In this document: positions 1 through 8,188 of the stretch, piece by piece
Numbering within the stretch: the first letter of the stretch is position 1
Layout: every line of letters starts with the position of its first letter
Source: a virus
Taxonomy: Duplodnaviria; Caudoviricetes
IMG/VR virus record: IMGVR_UViG_3300031450_000007
Coordinates: 1 to 45,174 of that record
Direction: 5' to 3' (one strand)
Length of the DNA: 45,174 bases
Notes under the pieces: model-generated
What the model was told of the DNA's origin: nothing
Databases searched by the model: none
The model's input: only the letters and a program-made list of their open reading frames with translations
Made by a program: the position numbers and the translations under genes

Positions 1-2
1 TC

Positions 3-122
3 TCGCAGCTCGAGGGCCGCCCTGACGTCGAGGGGTTCGTCCGCGCCCGCCTCGCCGCCGCCGGGGCGCCGCACGGACTGGCCTATGCCGAGACCTTCCG
101 CGTCCAGAGCTATCGGAGATGA
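3..122 (+). CDS. 3' end of an upstream CDS (partial, unknown function)
   Basis: Open frame SQLEGRPDVEGFVRARLAAAGAPHGLAYAETFRVQSYRR* with high GC3, running in from the window edge. Confidence 0.4.
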   Translation, partial: SQLEGRPDVEGFVRARLAAAGAPHGLAYAETFRVQSYRR

Positions 123-240
123 TGGTCGCTTTCTCAAGTGAGTTACCGCCGTCGGTGCTGCTACGCAGCCTCGTCGGCGCTGGCGCGTAGACCCCAGATT
201 GCCCTTGTTTGTGTCCCCCATCACAGTGCACCATCCGCCC

Positions 241-1104
241 ATGACCGACGCAGAAGCAGTAGTCGCCCACCTCGCCTGGCTCCGCACCCGAGGACTACGC
301 CCCGCCACCCTCAAAGCCCGCCGCGGCGCCCTCAGCCGCCTCACCCGCAACCTGCCCAACAGCCTGCTCGGCGCCACTGAAGATGAGCTCCACGCCTGGC
401 AAGAAAACCTGCACCTCGGCCGGCACGCCCTGTCCAGCGAGACAGCCCACGTCTGCCAGTTTTTCGGCTGGGCGCAGCGCTTCCACCACCGGGCCGACAA
501 CCCGACAGCCACCCTGCCCCGACCGAAGATTCCTGCCACCCTGCCCCGGCCGATCTCGGAGGCTGACCTGCGGATGGCACTCGCCTGCGCCCCCGACCGT
601 GTCCGGCCGTGGCTGGTGCTCGCCGGTTGGTGCGGCCTGCGTGCCCGTGAGATCGCCCTGCTCGAACGGGCCGACATCCATGACCAGGACACCCCGCCGA
701 CGCTGTTTGTCCGCGACGGCAAAGGCGGCAAGCAGCGCAGCGTCCCGCTCCCCCGCGGGGTCATTGTCGAGATGCTTGCCTGCCACCTGCCGGCCCGGGG
801 TCCGGTGTTCCGCCGCAGCGATGGGCTACCCGGTCCGATCAGCCCTGCCCGGCTCAGCAAGGTGACGTCGGACTATCTGCGCTCCATCGGCGTCGAGGCG
901 ACACTGCACTCCCTGCGGCATCGCTACGCCACAGTCTCCTATGCCGCTACGCATGACCTGCTGCTGGTCCGGGACTACCTCGGTCACAGCAGCACGAAAA
1001 CAACTGCTGGCTACGCAAAGGTCAGCCCGGTCGCACCGGACGTGCTGTTGCGGACGCTTGACCTGACGCTCAACCCCCAAGCGCCGGTACACGCAGGTGC
1101 CTAA
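241..1104 (+). CDS. int: Tyrosine recombinase/integrase, short XerC/D-like
   Basis: Catalytic set: GLRAREI (R), GKGGK (K), HSLRH (HxxR), LGHSS (H), TAGY (Y). ATG at 241. No obvious arm-binding domain. Confidence 0.93.
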   Translation: MTDAEAVVAHLAWLRTRGLRPATLKARRGALSRLTRNLPNSLLGATEDELHAWQENLHLGRHALSSETAHVCQFFGWAQRFHHRADNPTATLPRPKIPATLPRPISEADLRMALACAPDRVRPWLVLAGWCGLRAREIALLERADIHDQDTPPTLFVRDGKGGKQRSVPLPRGVIVEMLACHLPARGPVFRRSDGLPGPISPARLSKVTSDYLRSIGVEATLHSLRHRYATVSYAATHDLLLVRDYLGHSSTKTTAGYAKVSPVAPDVLLRTLDLTLNPQAPVHAGA

Positions 1105-1235
1105 CGGCGGGCTGAGGGTGGCGGGCATTGGATCGGTGGCTGACATACCCACTGTTATGGGGACGCGTGAGGGGCGCTACCCTGCGGCCATGCAACGCAC
1201 CGTCCCCCGACCCTCACCCCTTGCTAGGAGCCCTC

Positions 1236-1670
1236 GTGGCTGAGAAGAAGTCCCACAAGCTGCGCTGGGTCATCCTCGGCGTCGTCGCATTGATCGTCGT
1301 CATCATCATCGCGAGCAGCAGCGGCGGCAGTAAGGGCTCCTCGACCAGCAGTCCGACGGTTCAGTCCTCGACCGGCAGCAAGCCGCTGCAGCACGCCAGC
1401 GATGTCGCTGTCACCTCATGCGTCCCGGACTCGGGGGGCTTCGCCGCAGCGAAGGTGGTCGTGACGAACACGTCCAGCAAGGCGAGCAACTACGTCATCA
1501 CCGTCACCTTCGAGGCCGCCGGCGGTGCGACGCAGGTCGGGACGGGGTTGGCGTCGGTCAACGGGCTGCTGCCGGGGCAGAAGTCGGTGCCGCAGGACGT
1601 GTCGTCGCTGCAGACGGCGCCGGCCGGTTATACGTGCCGGGTGACGGACGCGACCCGCTACGCCGCCTGA
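1236..1670 (+). CDS. Membrane-anchored exported protein (FxLYD-like Ig fold); possible lysogenic conversion or superinfection exclusion
   Basis: AGGAG RBS then GTG at 1236; basic N-terminus, TM helix WVILGVVALIVVIIIA, Ser linker, beta-rich domain (VTNTSSKASNYVITVTF...LPGQ) with two Cys. Confidence 0.65.
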   Translation: MAEKKSHKLRWVILGVVALIVVIIIASSSGGSKGSSTSSPTVQSSTGSKPLQHASDVAVTSCVPDSGGFAAAKVVVTNTSSKASNYVITVTFEAAGGATQVGTGLASVNGLLPGQKSVPQDVSSLQTAPAGYTCRVTDATRYAA

Positions 1671-1686
1671 CCCGTAACGACGACAA

Positions 1687-1728
1687 GTGCCCCCGGTGCC
1701 CGACCCGAAGGTCAGACGCCGGGGGCGC
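1687..1728. terminator. GC-rich hairpin between convergent genes (probable bidirectional terminator)
   Basis: GCCCCCGGTG..GACC-CGAA-GGTC..CGCCGGGGGC between stops at 1670 (+) and 1747 (-). Confidence 0.65.
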
Positions 1729-1746
1729 TGTGTCGTGTGGTGAGGG

Positions 1747-2013
1747 TCAGGCGACGGGTAATCCGGTCGCCGGATCCACCGCAGGAGCCGCAGCAGGTGC
1801 GGGCGGGGCGTCGGCCGACTGGTCCGCGGACAGAGCCGCCTGCAGACGATCGTGCACGGCCTGCAGCGCCGCGACCGCACTGGCGACCTCTGCCGCTAGC
1901 CCGTCATGCGCAGCCGTCAGGTCGGCGTGCGCCGAGTCCTTACTCGCCAGCTCGGTGACGACGTTGTCGGCGAGCTGCTCCAGTGCGCTGGTGATGTCGG
2001 TCAGGGCGCTCAT
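1747..2013 (-). CDS. Small coiled-coil protein, end of lysis cassette
   Basis: Heptad-like Ala/Leu pattern; GGAGG RBS; ATGA overlap with upstream gene. Confidence 0.75.
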   Translation of the reverse strand: MSALTDITSALEQLADNVVTELASKDSAHADLTAAHDGLAAEVASAVAALQAVHDRLQAALSADQSADAPPAPAAAPAVDPATGLPVA

Positions 2014-2240
2014 GCGGTACCTCCAGGGTTGGGATCGGACGTGCTGGGTGTGTAGCTCCGGGCAGCGGACTGGCCGGCCGGACTGTTGGGGACCTGGAAC
2101 ACGCCGAACGCCCCGGCGGCAGCGACGGCGATGGCGGTGATGTTCGCGGCGGTGCCGTGCAGCACGCCGAGGGACAGCGCTTCCCCGGCGGCCGTGGCCG
2201 CTGCGACGGCGAACTTGCGGCAGGTGCCGAGGCGGCTCAT
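2010..2240 (-). CDS. Holin-like membrane protein
   Basis: 76 aa, two hydrophobic segments, RKF..A N-terminus and GVFQVPN ending typical of actinophage holins; follows endolysin. Confidence 0.7.
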   Translation of the reverse strand: MSRLGTCRKFAVAAATAAGEALSLGVLHGTAANITAIAVAAAGAFGVFQVPNSPAGQSAARSYTPSTSDPNPGGTA

Positions 2241-2241
2241 A

Positions 2242-3207
2242 TCAGAACCGCCGGGCGTTGAGCGCGGTCTGGATCGCGGCCCAGGTCTGCGGCCCCGGGT
2301 CGCCGTCAGGGGTTGCGCCGACGTGACGCTGCACCGCCGCCCACGTCACCAGCCCCGGCACACCGTCCTGAGCGACGCCGACCCGCTGCTGCACCCGCAT
2401 CCAGGTCGCAGGGCCGGGGATGCCGTCGACTGCGGCGCCGACAGCGCGCTGAACCGCCCCCCACGTCTCCTGGCCGGGGGAGCCGTCGACAGACAGCGGC
2501 AGGTCGCCCAGCAGATGCGTCGGCGGCTTAGGCGCCGGCGCCGGCGCCGGCCCGGGAGCAGGGGCGTTGCCATGCAGCCAGCCGCCCAGCGCCAGCACCG
2601 ACCCGCGACCGAAGTCGCCGTCGTCGGGGGTGCCGAGGGTGCGCTGCAACACCCGAACGTCACCGCCGAGCAGGTTGTACGCCCGGGTGACCAGCGCCAT
2701 GAAGGCGCCGATGGGGAAAGCCGGGCCCGGGTCGTGGTGGTCCGACTGTCCCCAGCAGAGGGAGACGTTGTTGTGTGACGTGACGCCTCGGCCGCCGGCG
2801 GCTAGCTGCCCGACTGTCAGCCACACCGGCGGCAGTCCGAAGCGGCGTAGTAACTCTGCGGTGCGGGCCGCGACGTTGCAGGTAGTCCGCTGGGCGTCCG
2901 AGTGGTTCCACTGATCTGGGTTGTACGACGCATAGCCGTCGCGCTCCTGCCCGACGCTGCCCTGGTTGGGCGGGGCGTGATACGCGACCTTGGAGTCCGG
3001 GACGCAGTGCTGCTCGTCGCCCTGGTCAGTGACGTAGCCAGCCGACCCGTAGTTGGGTGCCCGCCGGTTGGCGAAGTCCTGAGCGATGGAGAGGGCGGAC
3101 CCAACCTCGACCGGGAACTCCTCGTCGTGAATGACGACCCGGGTCACTGTGCCGTTCGGGTAGTCGCCGTAGGTGCCGGCGAGCAGGGTGACAGCAGGCT
3201 CGGACAT
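2242..3207 (-). CDS. Endolysin: N-acetylmuramoyl-L-alanine amidase (Amidase_2) with C-terminal peptidoglycan-binding repeats
   Basis: VVIHD, YHAPPN..SVGQE, TSH and DHHDPG Zn-amidase motifs; PA linker; repeated DGxPGxxTWxAVQ; AAGGAG RBS before ATG 3207. Confidence 0.9.
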   Translation of the reverse strand: MSEPAVTLLAGTYGDYPNGTVTRVVIHDEEFPVEVGSALSIAQDFANRRAPNYGSAGYVTDQGDEQHCVPDSKVAYHAPPNQGSVGQERDGYASYNPDQWNHSDAQRTTCNVAARTAELLRRFGLPPVWLTVGQLAAGGRGVTSHNNVSLCWGQSDHHDPGPAFPIGAFMALVTRAYNLLGGDVRVLQRTLGTPDDGDFGRGSVLALGGWLHGNAPAPGPAPAPAPKPPTHLLGDLPLSVDGSPGQETWGAVQRAVGAAVDGIPGPATWMRVQQRVGVAQDGVPGLVTWAAVQRHVGATPDGDPGPQTWAAIQTALNARRF

Positions 3208-3234
3208 GGCTGTTCTCCTTGCGGGCATAGCGAA

Positions 3235-3268
3235 GCACCCGCTCGGTTGGGCGGGTGCGGTAGTGCGG
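3235..3268 (-). terminator. Hairpin upstream of endolysin
   Basis: GCACCCGC...GCGGGTGC inverted repeat. Confidence 0.4.
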
Positions 3269-3319
3269 AAGGTCAGGGCAGGAGGGTCGCGGCGGTGACG
3301 ACGGCGGGGCGTCGCGTGG

Positions 3320-3868
3320 TCATCCGACCGTCACTCCCTGACCGCCGTCGGCGATGGTCCATTCAAGGTCGCCGGGGTCGACCCGGCCTGGCATCCGGCC
3401 GTCGGCGAACAGACGCACCCCGGCGTTGACGCACGCCTGGTCGACGAGCTGCGAGCAGATCAGCGCGTGCTCTTTGTCGACCTTGCGTTCGAGCCACTTC
3501 CACCGAAGCCCGAGGTCGGCGAGGCCGAGGGCCGCAATGTCGGTGAAGCCGTACGGCGTGCCGACCAGCCGCAGCGCCTCGTCGGCGATATGGGTGTTGG
3601 CATACGGGTCGAGGCTGTTGATGTGGGCGTACAGCCCGACGCCGTAGATCACCCGGTCGTTGTCCTGCTCCCGCTTGACGACCGCACCCTTGGCCTGCGC
3701 CTCGACGGTCCGTCCGTCGCCGAGGCAGACGCCGGCATGGTTCACACGTGATCTGGTGGCCGCACGGATGAGAGCGCTCATCCAACCGCCGGAACGGAGC
3801 ACGAAGATGGTTCCCGCTGGATGCGGCACGCTTCTCCAGTTGGCGCCCTGCCTCTCGACGCTGCTCAT
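3320..3868 (-). CDS. Permuted papain-like NlpC/P60 (YiiX/YaeF-type) amidase/peptidase
   Basis: His (NHAGV) precedes GTPY and Cys (LICSQLV), the permuted order; ATGA overlap at 3865-3868. Confidence 0.8.
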   Translation of the reverse strand: MSSVERQGANWRSVPHPAGTIFVLRSGGWMSALIRAATRSRVNHAGVCLGDGRTVEAQAKGAVVKREQDNDRVIYGVGLYAHINSLDPYANTHIADEALRLVGTPYGFTDIAALGLADLGLRWKWLERKVDKEHALICSQLVDQACVNAGVRLFADGRMPGRVDPGDLEWTIADGGQGVTVG

Positions 3869-4422
3869 GGGCACCTGAACGCACGGCCGTAGGCAACGAG
3901 GCTGTCCCGGCTGTGCTGCCCGTAGGCAGTCGCCGGCGCCGGCCCGGAGATGAACACCTTGACGAGGCCGCACGTCGCCGTCAGCTGCCTGTCAAGCTCG
4001 ACCCGCTTGGCCTGCTCGACCTTCGCGACCGCCGCCTCAGCCGCCCGCTGTACCTGCACGATCTGCTGCGTCTGCTGCTGCTGGGCCCGGGTCTGCTCGA
4101 CTTGCTTCTGATGGACGACGGCGAAGGCAACGCCCCCGGCGATGGTGGCGATGACGTCGGCGACCAGGCCCATGAACAGCAGCACCAGGGGGGATACGCG
4201 AGCCGCCCGGTCACTGAAGCGGACCCGGTGGCCCGGCCGGGACATGAGCGCCCACCGGGCGTGCAGCACCGTGACGGTGAGGGACACGGCGGTGACAGCG
4301 ATGCGCAGGATGGGCCGGCCGCCGTTCAGGTTGACGGCGATCGCGACCGCGAGCCCGCCGAGGGAGATCAGCAGATGGACGACGGACGGTGCGCGGGCCA
4401 TCCGTGCGTCGACCCGGTTCAC
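3865..4422 (-). CDS. Multi-pass membrane protein with C-terminal coiled coil (lysis region)
   Basis: Three hydrophobic segments, Gln-rich helix, two C-terminal Cys. Confidence 0.7.
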   Translation of the reverse strand: MNRVDARMARAPSVVHLLISLGGLAVAIAVNLNGGRPILRIAVTAVSLTVTVLHARWALMSRPGHRVRFSDRAARVSPLVLLFMGLVADVIATIAGGVAFAVVHQKQVEQTRAQQQQTQQIVQVQRAAEAAVAKVEQAKRVELDRQLTATCGLVKVFISGPAPATAYGQHSRDSLVAYGRAFRCP

Positions 4423-4766
4423 GGCCCGTCCTTTGGCTTGCTGTCCTTCTCGGCTTTGAGGCGGGCGATCTCCTGCAGCAGGTAGTGGGCGGTCTCGTCT
4501 TCGGTCCGCCCGGCCGGCGGGTCGTGCTCGACGTCAGGGGTCTGCTTGTTCTTCCACCGGGTGTAGCCACCGAGGGCCGCGAAGGAGGCGGCGAGCAGTG
4601 CTGCGATGCCGGACAGGACCGACCCGAAAGCGGACAGGGTTGTGGCGTCGAGGGCGAGGATGGTGACCGAACCGGCGGATATCAACGCTGCCACCCGTGG
4701 TCCGATGTGCGCCGCAATCACGGCTAAGGGATGCGGCATCAGGTTGGGGGTGGCGACCGTGGTCAC
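4419..4766 (-). CDS. Membrane protein, holin/antiholin-like
   Basis: Two hydrophobic segments and charged tail; GGAGG RBS; GTGA overlap. Confidence 0.65.
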   Translation of the reverse strand: MTTVATPNLMPHPLAVIAAHIGPRVAALISAGSVTILALDATTLSAFGSVLSGIAALLAASFAALGGYTRWKNKQTPDVEHDPPAGRTEDETAHYLLQEIARLKAEKDSKPKDGP

Positions 4767-4925
4767 CTACCGGCCCTCCGCACGCCCGGTGCCTGCAGGA
4801 TCATGGCCTCTCCGAGACGGCTTCTTGCATCATCGGATCGTCTCCTTCGGTTCGTGGACGAGCGGCAGGGTCAGGTCCGCAGCCTGGTGAGGAACGGGGC
4901 GGGCTGCGGTGTCGCGGATGGGCGG

Positions 4926-5336
4926 TCAGGAGGTGCGCGGGGTCACGCTCACCGTGTCGCCGTCGAGGACGGTGGCGGGTAGCCGGTCGTCCGGGGTCCG
5001 GCGGACGGTCACCGGCCCGGCGTGCAACGCCCCGGTGCCGTCGGCTGCGCCTATCGCGTCCTGCATCCGGTCGAACGTGCCCGCATCAACGCTGGCGGAC
5101 AGCCCGGCCGGGCTGACTGTGATGGTGGCGGCCATCTGCTCATCGCCGGTCAGCAGCATGTCGGTGAGGCCACGTACCGCAGCGGTCATGACCTCTCGCC
5201 CGGCGGCGTTACGAGCGTCGGGCAGCCGGTCGGCGAGGGCCTGCACCGCTTCGATGGTGAGCGGCTGGTGCCACACCCCGTCGGCGAAGAGCTGCAGCCG
5301 GCCGTCGTCGAGGACGGTCACGCTGAGATCGGGCAT
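4926..5336 (-). CDS. Hypothetical protein, tail-associated
   Basis: GGAGG RBS; high GC3; ends in ATVLDGDTVSVT, matching the upstream repeat unit. Confidence 0.7.
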   Translation of the reverse strand: MPDLSVTVLDDGRLQLFADGVWHQPLTIEAVQALADRLPDARNAAGREVMTAAVRGLTDMLLTGDEQMAATITVSPAGLSASVDAGTFDRMQDAIGAADGTGALHAGPVTVRRTPDDRLPATVLDGDTVSVTPRTS

Positions 5337-5349
5337 TGCGTCCTCCCGG

Positions 5350-7464
5350 TCAACGACGCTCGAGAGCCTGCAGGCGTCTATCCAGGCGGCGCAGGTTCCA
5401 CCGGGAGTGCGGCGGCGGCGCGCCCAGCGTCAAGCTGACAGTCGGCACCGACGACTCGTCCAACGCGACGGACAGTTCCTGCACCCGCAGCGTGCCGACC
5501 ACGTTGAGCCGGCCTTTCTGCACAGCCAGGGTGATCGGGTCACCGAGCCAGATGTGGTCGGGGCCTTGCCACACGCTGTCGGCGAGGGTCACCGTCCAGG
5601 ACGCAAGGACCAGCTGGCGGGCGGCGAGTTCGGCTTTGGCGCGGGCAGCGAGGGTGCCGGCGTTGACGATCGACGTGTCGCCGAACTGGGCGTCCCATCG
5701 GCCTTCGGGCCGGGTGGCGATGTCGGATGCTTCGACCCGGACGGCAGCGAGGGCGGTGTCGCCGGTGACTCGCAGCGCGTTGGCGTAGCCGGACGGGTCG
5801 GCGGTCCGGTTGAAGCTGGCGATGGCGCCGGGATGGTTGAGGACGACCCGCCGGTCGACGCCGCGGGCCGGGTAGTACACGTCGTAGCCGAGCCCGGTGG
5901 TGGGCCGCCGGTTGCCGTCGAGGACGACGCTGAAGTCATAGTCGAAGCCGTTGTCGACGGCGGAGAGCTGGTCGAGCGCTTCCCCGACCGACTTTCCCGG
6001 CTGGTAGTCGGTCCTGTCCCGCAGCACCCCGGTCGCCTGGCCGGCGCCGCGGACGATGCGCAAGTCGCCACCGGGCCGGGCTTGGGTCTGGCTGAGCACG
6101 TTCCAGCCGATCAGGGCCTGGTCGAGATTGAGCCAGGACAGAGTGTCGCCTTCGTAGAGCTGCCGGCGGCGCAGGATGTCCCGGTAGTCGACGGCGTTGA
6201 CCGTCGTCGAGTAGGCAGAACCGTCGCCAGTATCGCCGGTGGTGCCGACCCGGCCGCGGTAGACCGGCCGGCCTTTCCACAGCACCCACAGGTCTGAGAT
6301 CAGCTCGTGGATCTGGCCGGCTTCGGGTAGCTCACTGTCGATGGTGAAGGTGGCGTCGGAGTTGCCGGCCAGCCGCCAGGTGACCCGTCGGCTGGTGATC
6401 TGCGGCAGGACAGTGTCCGGTAGCCCTGTCCATGCTCCGACGGCGAAGGTCCAGTCGTCGGCGCCGCGTAGCGGGTCGGGGACGGCGAAGATCCGGTCGC
6501 GGGTGGTGAAGCCGGCGGTGAGCAGATCACCGTCGCCGAGGGTGGCGGTGAGGGTGAGCGCGGTGGCGAGTACCGCTATCGCCATGTCGCCGTCGGCCAC
6601 GGTTGCGGCGAGCGTGACTGCGGTGGCGAGCGTGACGGTGATCGAGTCGCCGTCGGGCAGGGTCGCGCTGAGCGACACCGAAGTGACCAGGGTGGCCGTG
6701 GCCGTGTCCCCGTCGAGCACGGTGACGGTGAGGGCGACGGCGGTTTGCAGGACTGCGGTCACCGCGTCGCTGTCGACCAGCGGCGCCGCGAGCACGGTGG
6801 CACTGACCAGCATGGCCGTAAAGGCGTCGCCGTCGGTCAGGGTGGCGCTCAGCGCGGCCGGGGTGCCGAGGGTGGCGGCCAGCAGGTCGGCGTCGGCAAC
6901 CGCAGCGGCGAGAGCCATCGCGCTGGCCAAGACCGCAGTCGGTGCGTCGCCGTCGACGACGGTGGCGACGATCCCGGGTGCGGTGGCTAGGGTCGCCGTG
7001 GCCGTGTCGCCGTCGAGGACGGTGGCGGTCAGGCCGGTGCCCGCAGTCGGGGTGGCGAGGACTGTGTCGGAGTCGAGGACTGCAGCGGCGAGCGCCGTCG
7101 CGCTGGTCGGCACGGCGGTGGCGGTGTCGCTGTCCCGGACGGTGGCGCTCAGCGCGGCCGGGGTGACCAGGGTGGCGGTAGCCGTGTCGGACTCGACCAG
7201 GGTGGCCGAGAGCGCAGTCGCGCTGACCGGGCTGGCCGTCGTCGTGTCACCGTCGAGCAGGGTGGCAGCCAGCGAGGTCGCGCTGACCAGCGTGGCGGTG
7301 GCCGTGTCGGCGTCGAGGACTACAGCGGTCAGCGCTACCGCGGTGGTCGGGCTGGCGGTGAACTGGTCGCCGTCGCTGACTGTCGCAGTGAGCGCACCCA
7401 GCGAGGCGCGTAGCCGTGTCGGCGCATTCCGCCGGGCGGGAAACCCCCTGCCGAAACGTGCCAT
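5350..7464 (-). CDS. Minor tail/baseplate-hub protein (ReqiPepy6 Gp37-like) with N-terminal 20-aa repeat array
   Basis: C-terminal ~370 aa resembles actinophage hub proteins (VYRGRV, EALDQLSAVDNGFDY, LGDPITL, LRVQELSV). Confidence 0.8.
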   Translation of the reverse strand: MARFGRGFPARRNAPTRLRASLGALTATVSDGDQFTASPTTAVALTAVVLDADTATATLVSATSLAATLLDGDTTTASPVSATALSATLVESDTATATLVTPAALSATVRDSDTATAVPTSATALAAAVLDSDTVLATPTAGTGLTATVLDGDTATATLATAPGIVATVVDGDAPTAVLASAMALAAAVADADLLAATLGTPAALSATLTDGDAFTAMLVSATVLAAPLVDSDAVTAVLQTAVALTVTVLDGDTATATLVTSVSLSATLPDGDSITVTLATAVTLAATVADGDMAIAVLATALTLTATLGDGDLLTAGFTTRDRIFAVPDPLRGADDWTFAVGAWTGLPDTVLPQITSRRVTWRLAGNSDATFTIDSELPEAGQIHELISDLWVLWKGRPVYRGRVGTTGDTGDGSAYSTTVNAVDYRDILRRRQLYEGDTLSWLNLDQALIGWNVLSQTQARPGGDLRIVRGAGQATGVLRDRTDYQPGKSVGEALDQLSAVDNGFDYDFSVVLDGNRRPTTGLGYDVYYPARGVDRRVVLNHPGAIASFNRTADPSGYANALRVTGDTALAAVRVEASDIATRPEGRWDAQFGDTSIVNAGTLAARAKAELAARQLVLASWTVTLADSVWQGPDHIWLGDPITLAVQKGRLNVVGTLRVQELSVALDESSVPTVSLTLGAPPPHSRWNLRRLDRRLQALERR
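6510..7400 (-). repeat. About 15 degenerate 60-bp (20-aa) tandem repeats, consensus LxATVxD[GS]DTATATLxTAxA
   Basis: DxD-type motif recurs every 20 aa (15 counted); column alignment visible in 60-nt lines. Confidence 0.92.
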
Positions 7465-7465
7465 C

Positions 7466-8185
7466 TCAGATCACGCTCGACCGGTTGACGGCCTGCAACA
7501 TCGGACGGGACTGGAACCGGAGGCTTGAGATGCCCGCGAGCTTGACGACGAGAACCATGCCGGACTGCTGGCCGTTATTACTACCGGTGAAGCTGCCACC
7601 CTCGGTTGCACCTGCCGCTGAGGACTTGTATGCGACGCAGGCGCCCTCGTAGTTCGCGGCATCACGCGAGGCGTTCGTGTCCTTCGTGAACCCGGTTGGG
7701 GGCGCGAGGGTTGCCGCCTCGCCCCAGTCGGTGTAAGCCGCCAGTGCGAGCTGGTTCGCAGCATGAGTCGCGAGCGTCGTGCCCGTGGGCGTCGTCGGCC
7801 CGGTCGCACTACCCGTTGCCGTCACGTCCAGGCACCCCGTACCAGCGGCCGTGCTCAGCCCGGAGAACTCGATGGTCGATGCGCCGAGCTGCAGCCCTGT
7901 CGCCGCCGGGGCTGTGCACGTCACCGTGTTCGCCCCTGTGCGGACGGCCACCGCCGAGTAGACCTGGCCCAGCTCGGTGCCGGACGGACTGGCCAGCAGC
8001 TGGGTGTACGTGTTGCCCTGAGAGTCGGTCGGCGTGTTGATGACCGCCGTGCCGGAGCCGACAGTCGACCCGACGACAACGAGAATCCGGTGGCCGGCCG
8101 TCACGCTGCCGGGAGACGCGACTGTCACCGACGTGACGCCGTTGCCGTCAACGGACGTCGCCGACTGGACGTAGGCCCATGCCAT
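7466..8185 (-). CDS. Putative virion/tail-tip beta-rich protein
   Basis: Thr/Gly/Ala/Ser-rich, beta-strand pattern, in the tail operon. Confidence 0.7.
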   Translation of the reverse strand: MAWAYVQSATSVDGNGVTSVTVASPGSVTAGHRILVVVGSTVGSGTAVINTPTDSQGNTYTQLLASPSGTELGQVYSAVAVRTGANTVTCTAPAATGLQLGASTIEFSGLSTAAGTGCLDVTATGSATGPTTPTGTTLATHAANQLALAAYTDWGEAATLAPPTGFTKDTNASRDAANYEGACVAYKSSAAGATEGGSFTGSNNGQQSGMVLVVKLAGISSLRFQSRPMLQAVNRSSVI

Positions 8186-8188
8186 CGG

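Noticed and set aside
4952-7028. Diversity-generating retroelement TR/VR pair
   Set aside because: No reverse transcriptase in the window; the match is short and exact with no adenine-specific mismatches
6341-7528. Long + strand ORFs (e.g. 6341-7528, 7763-9229, 15186-16370, 25482-27029, 39544-41082)
   Set aside because: Antisense shadows of - strand genes in high-GC DNA; no motifs or RBS
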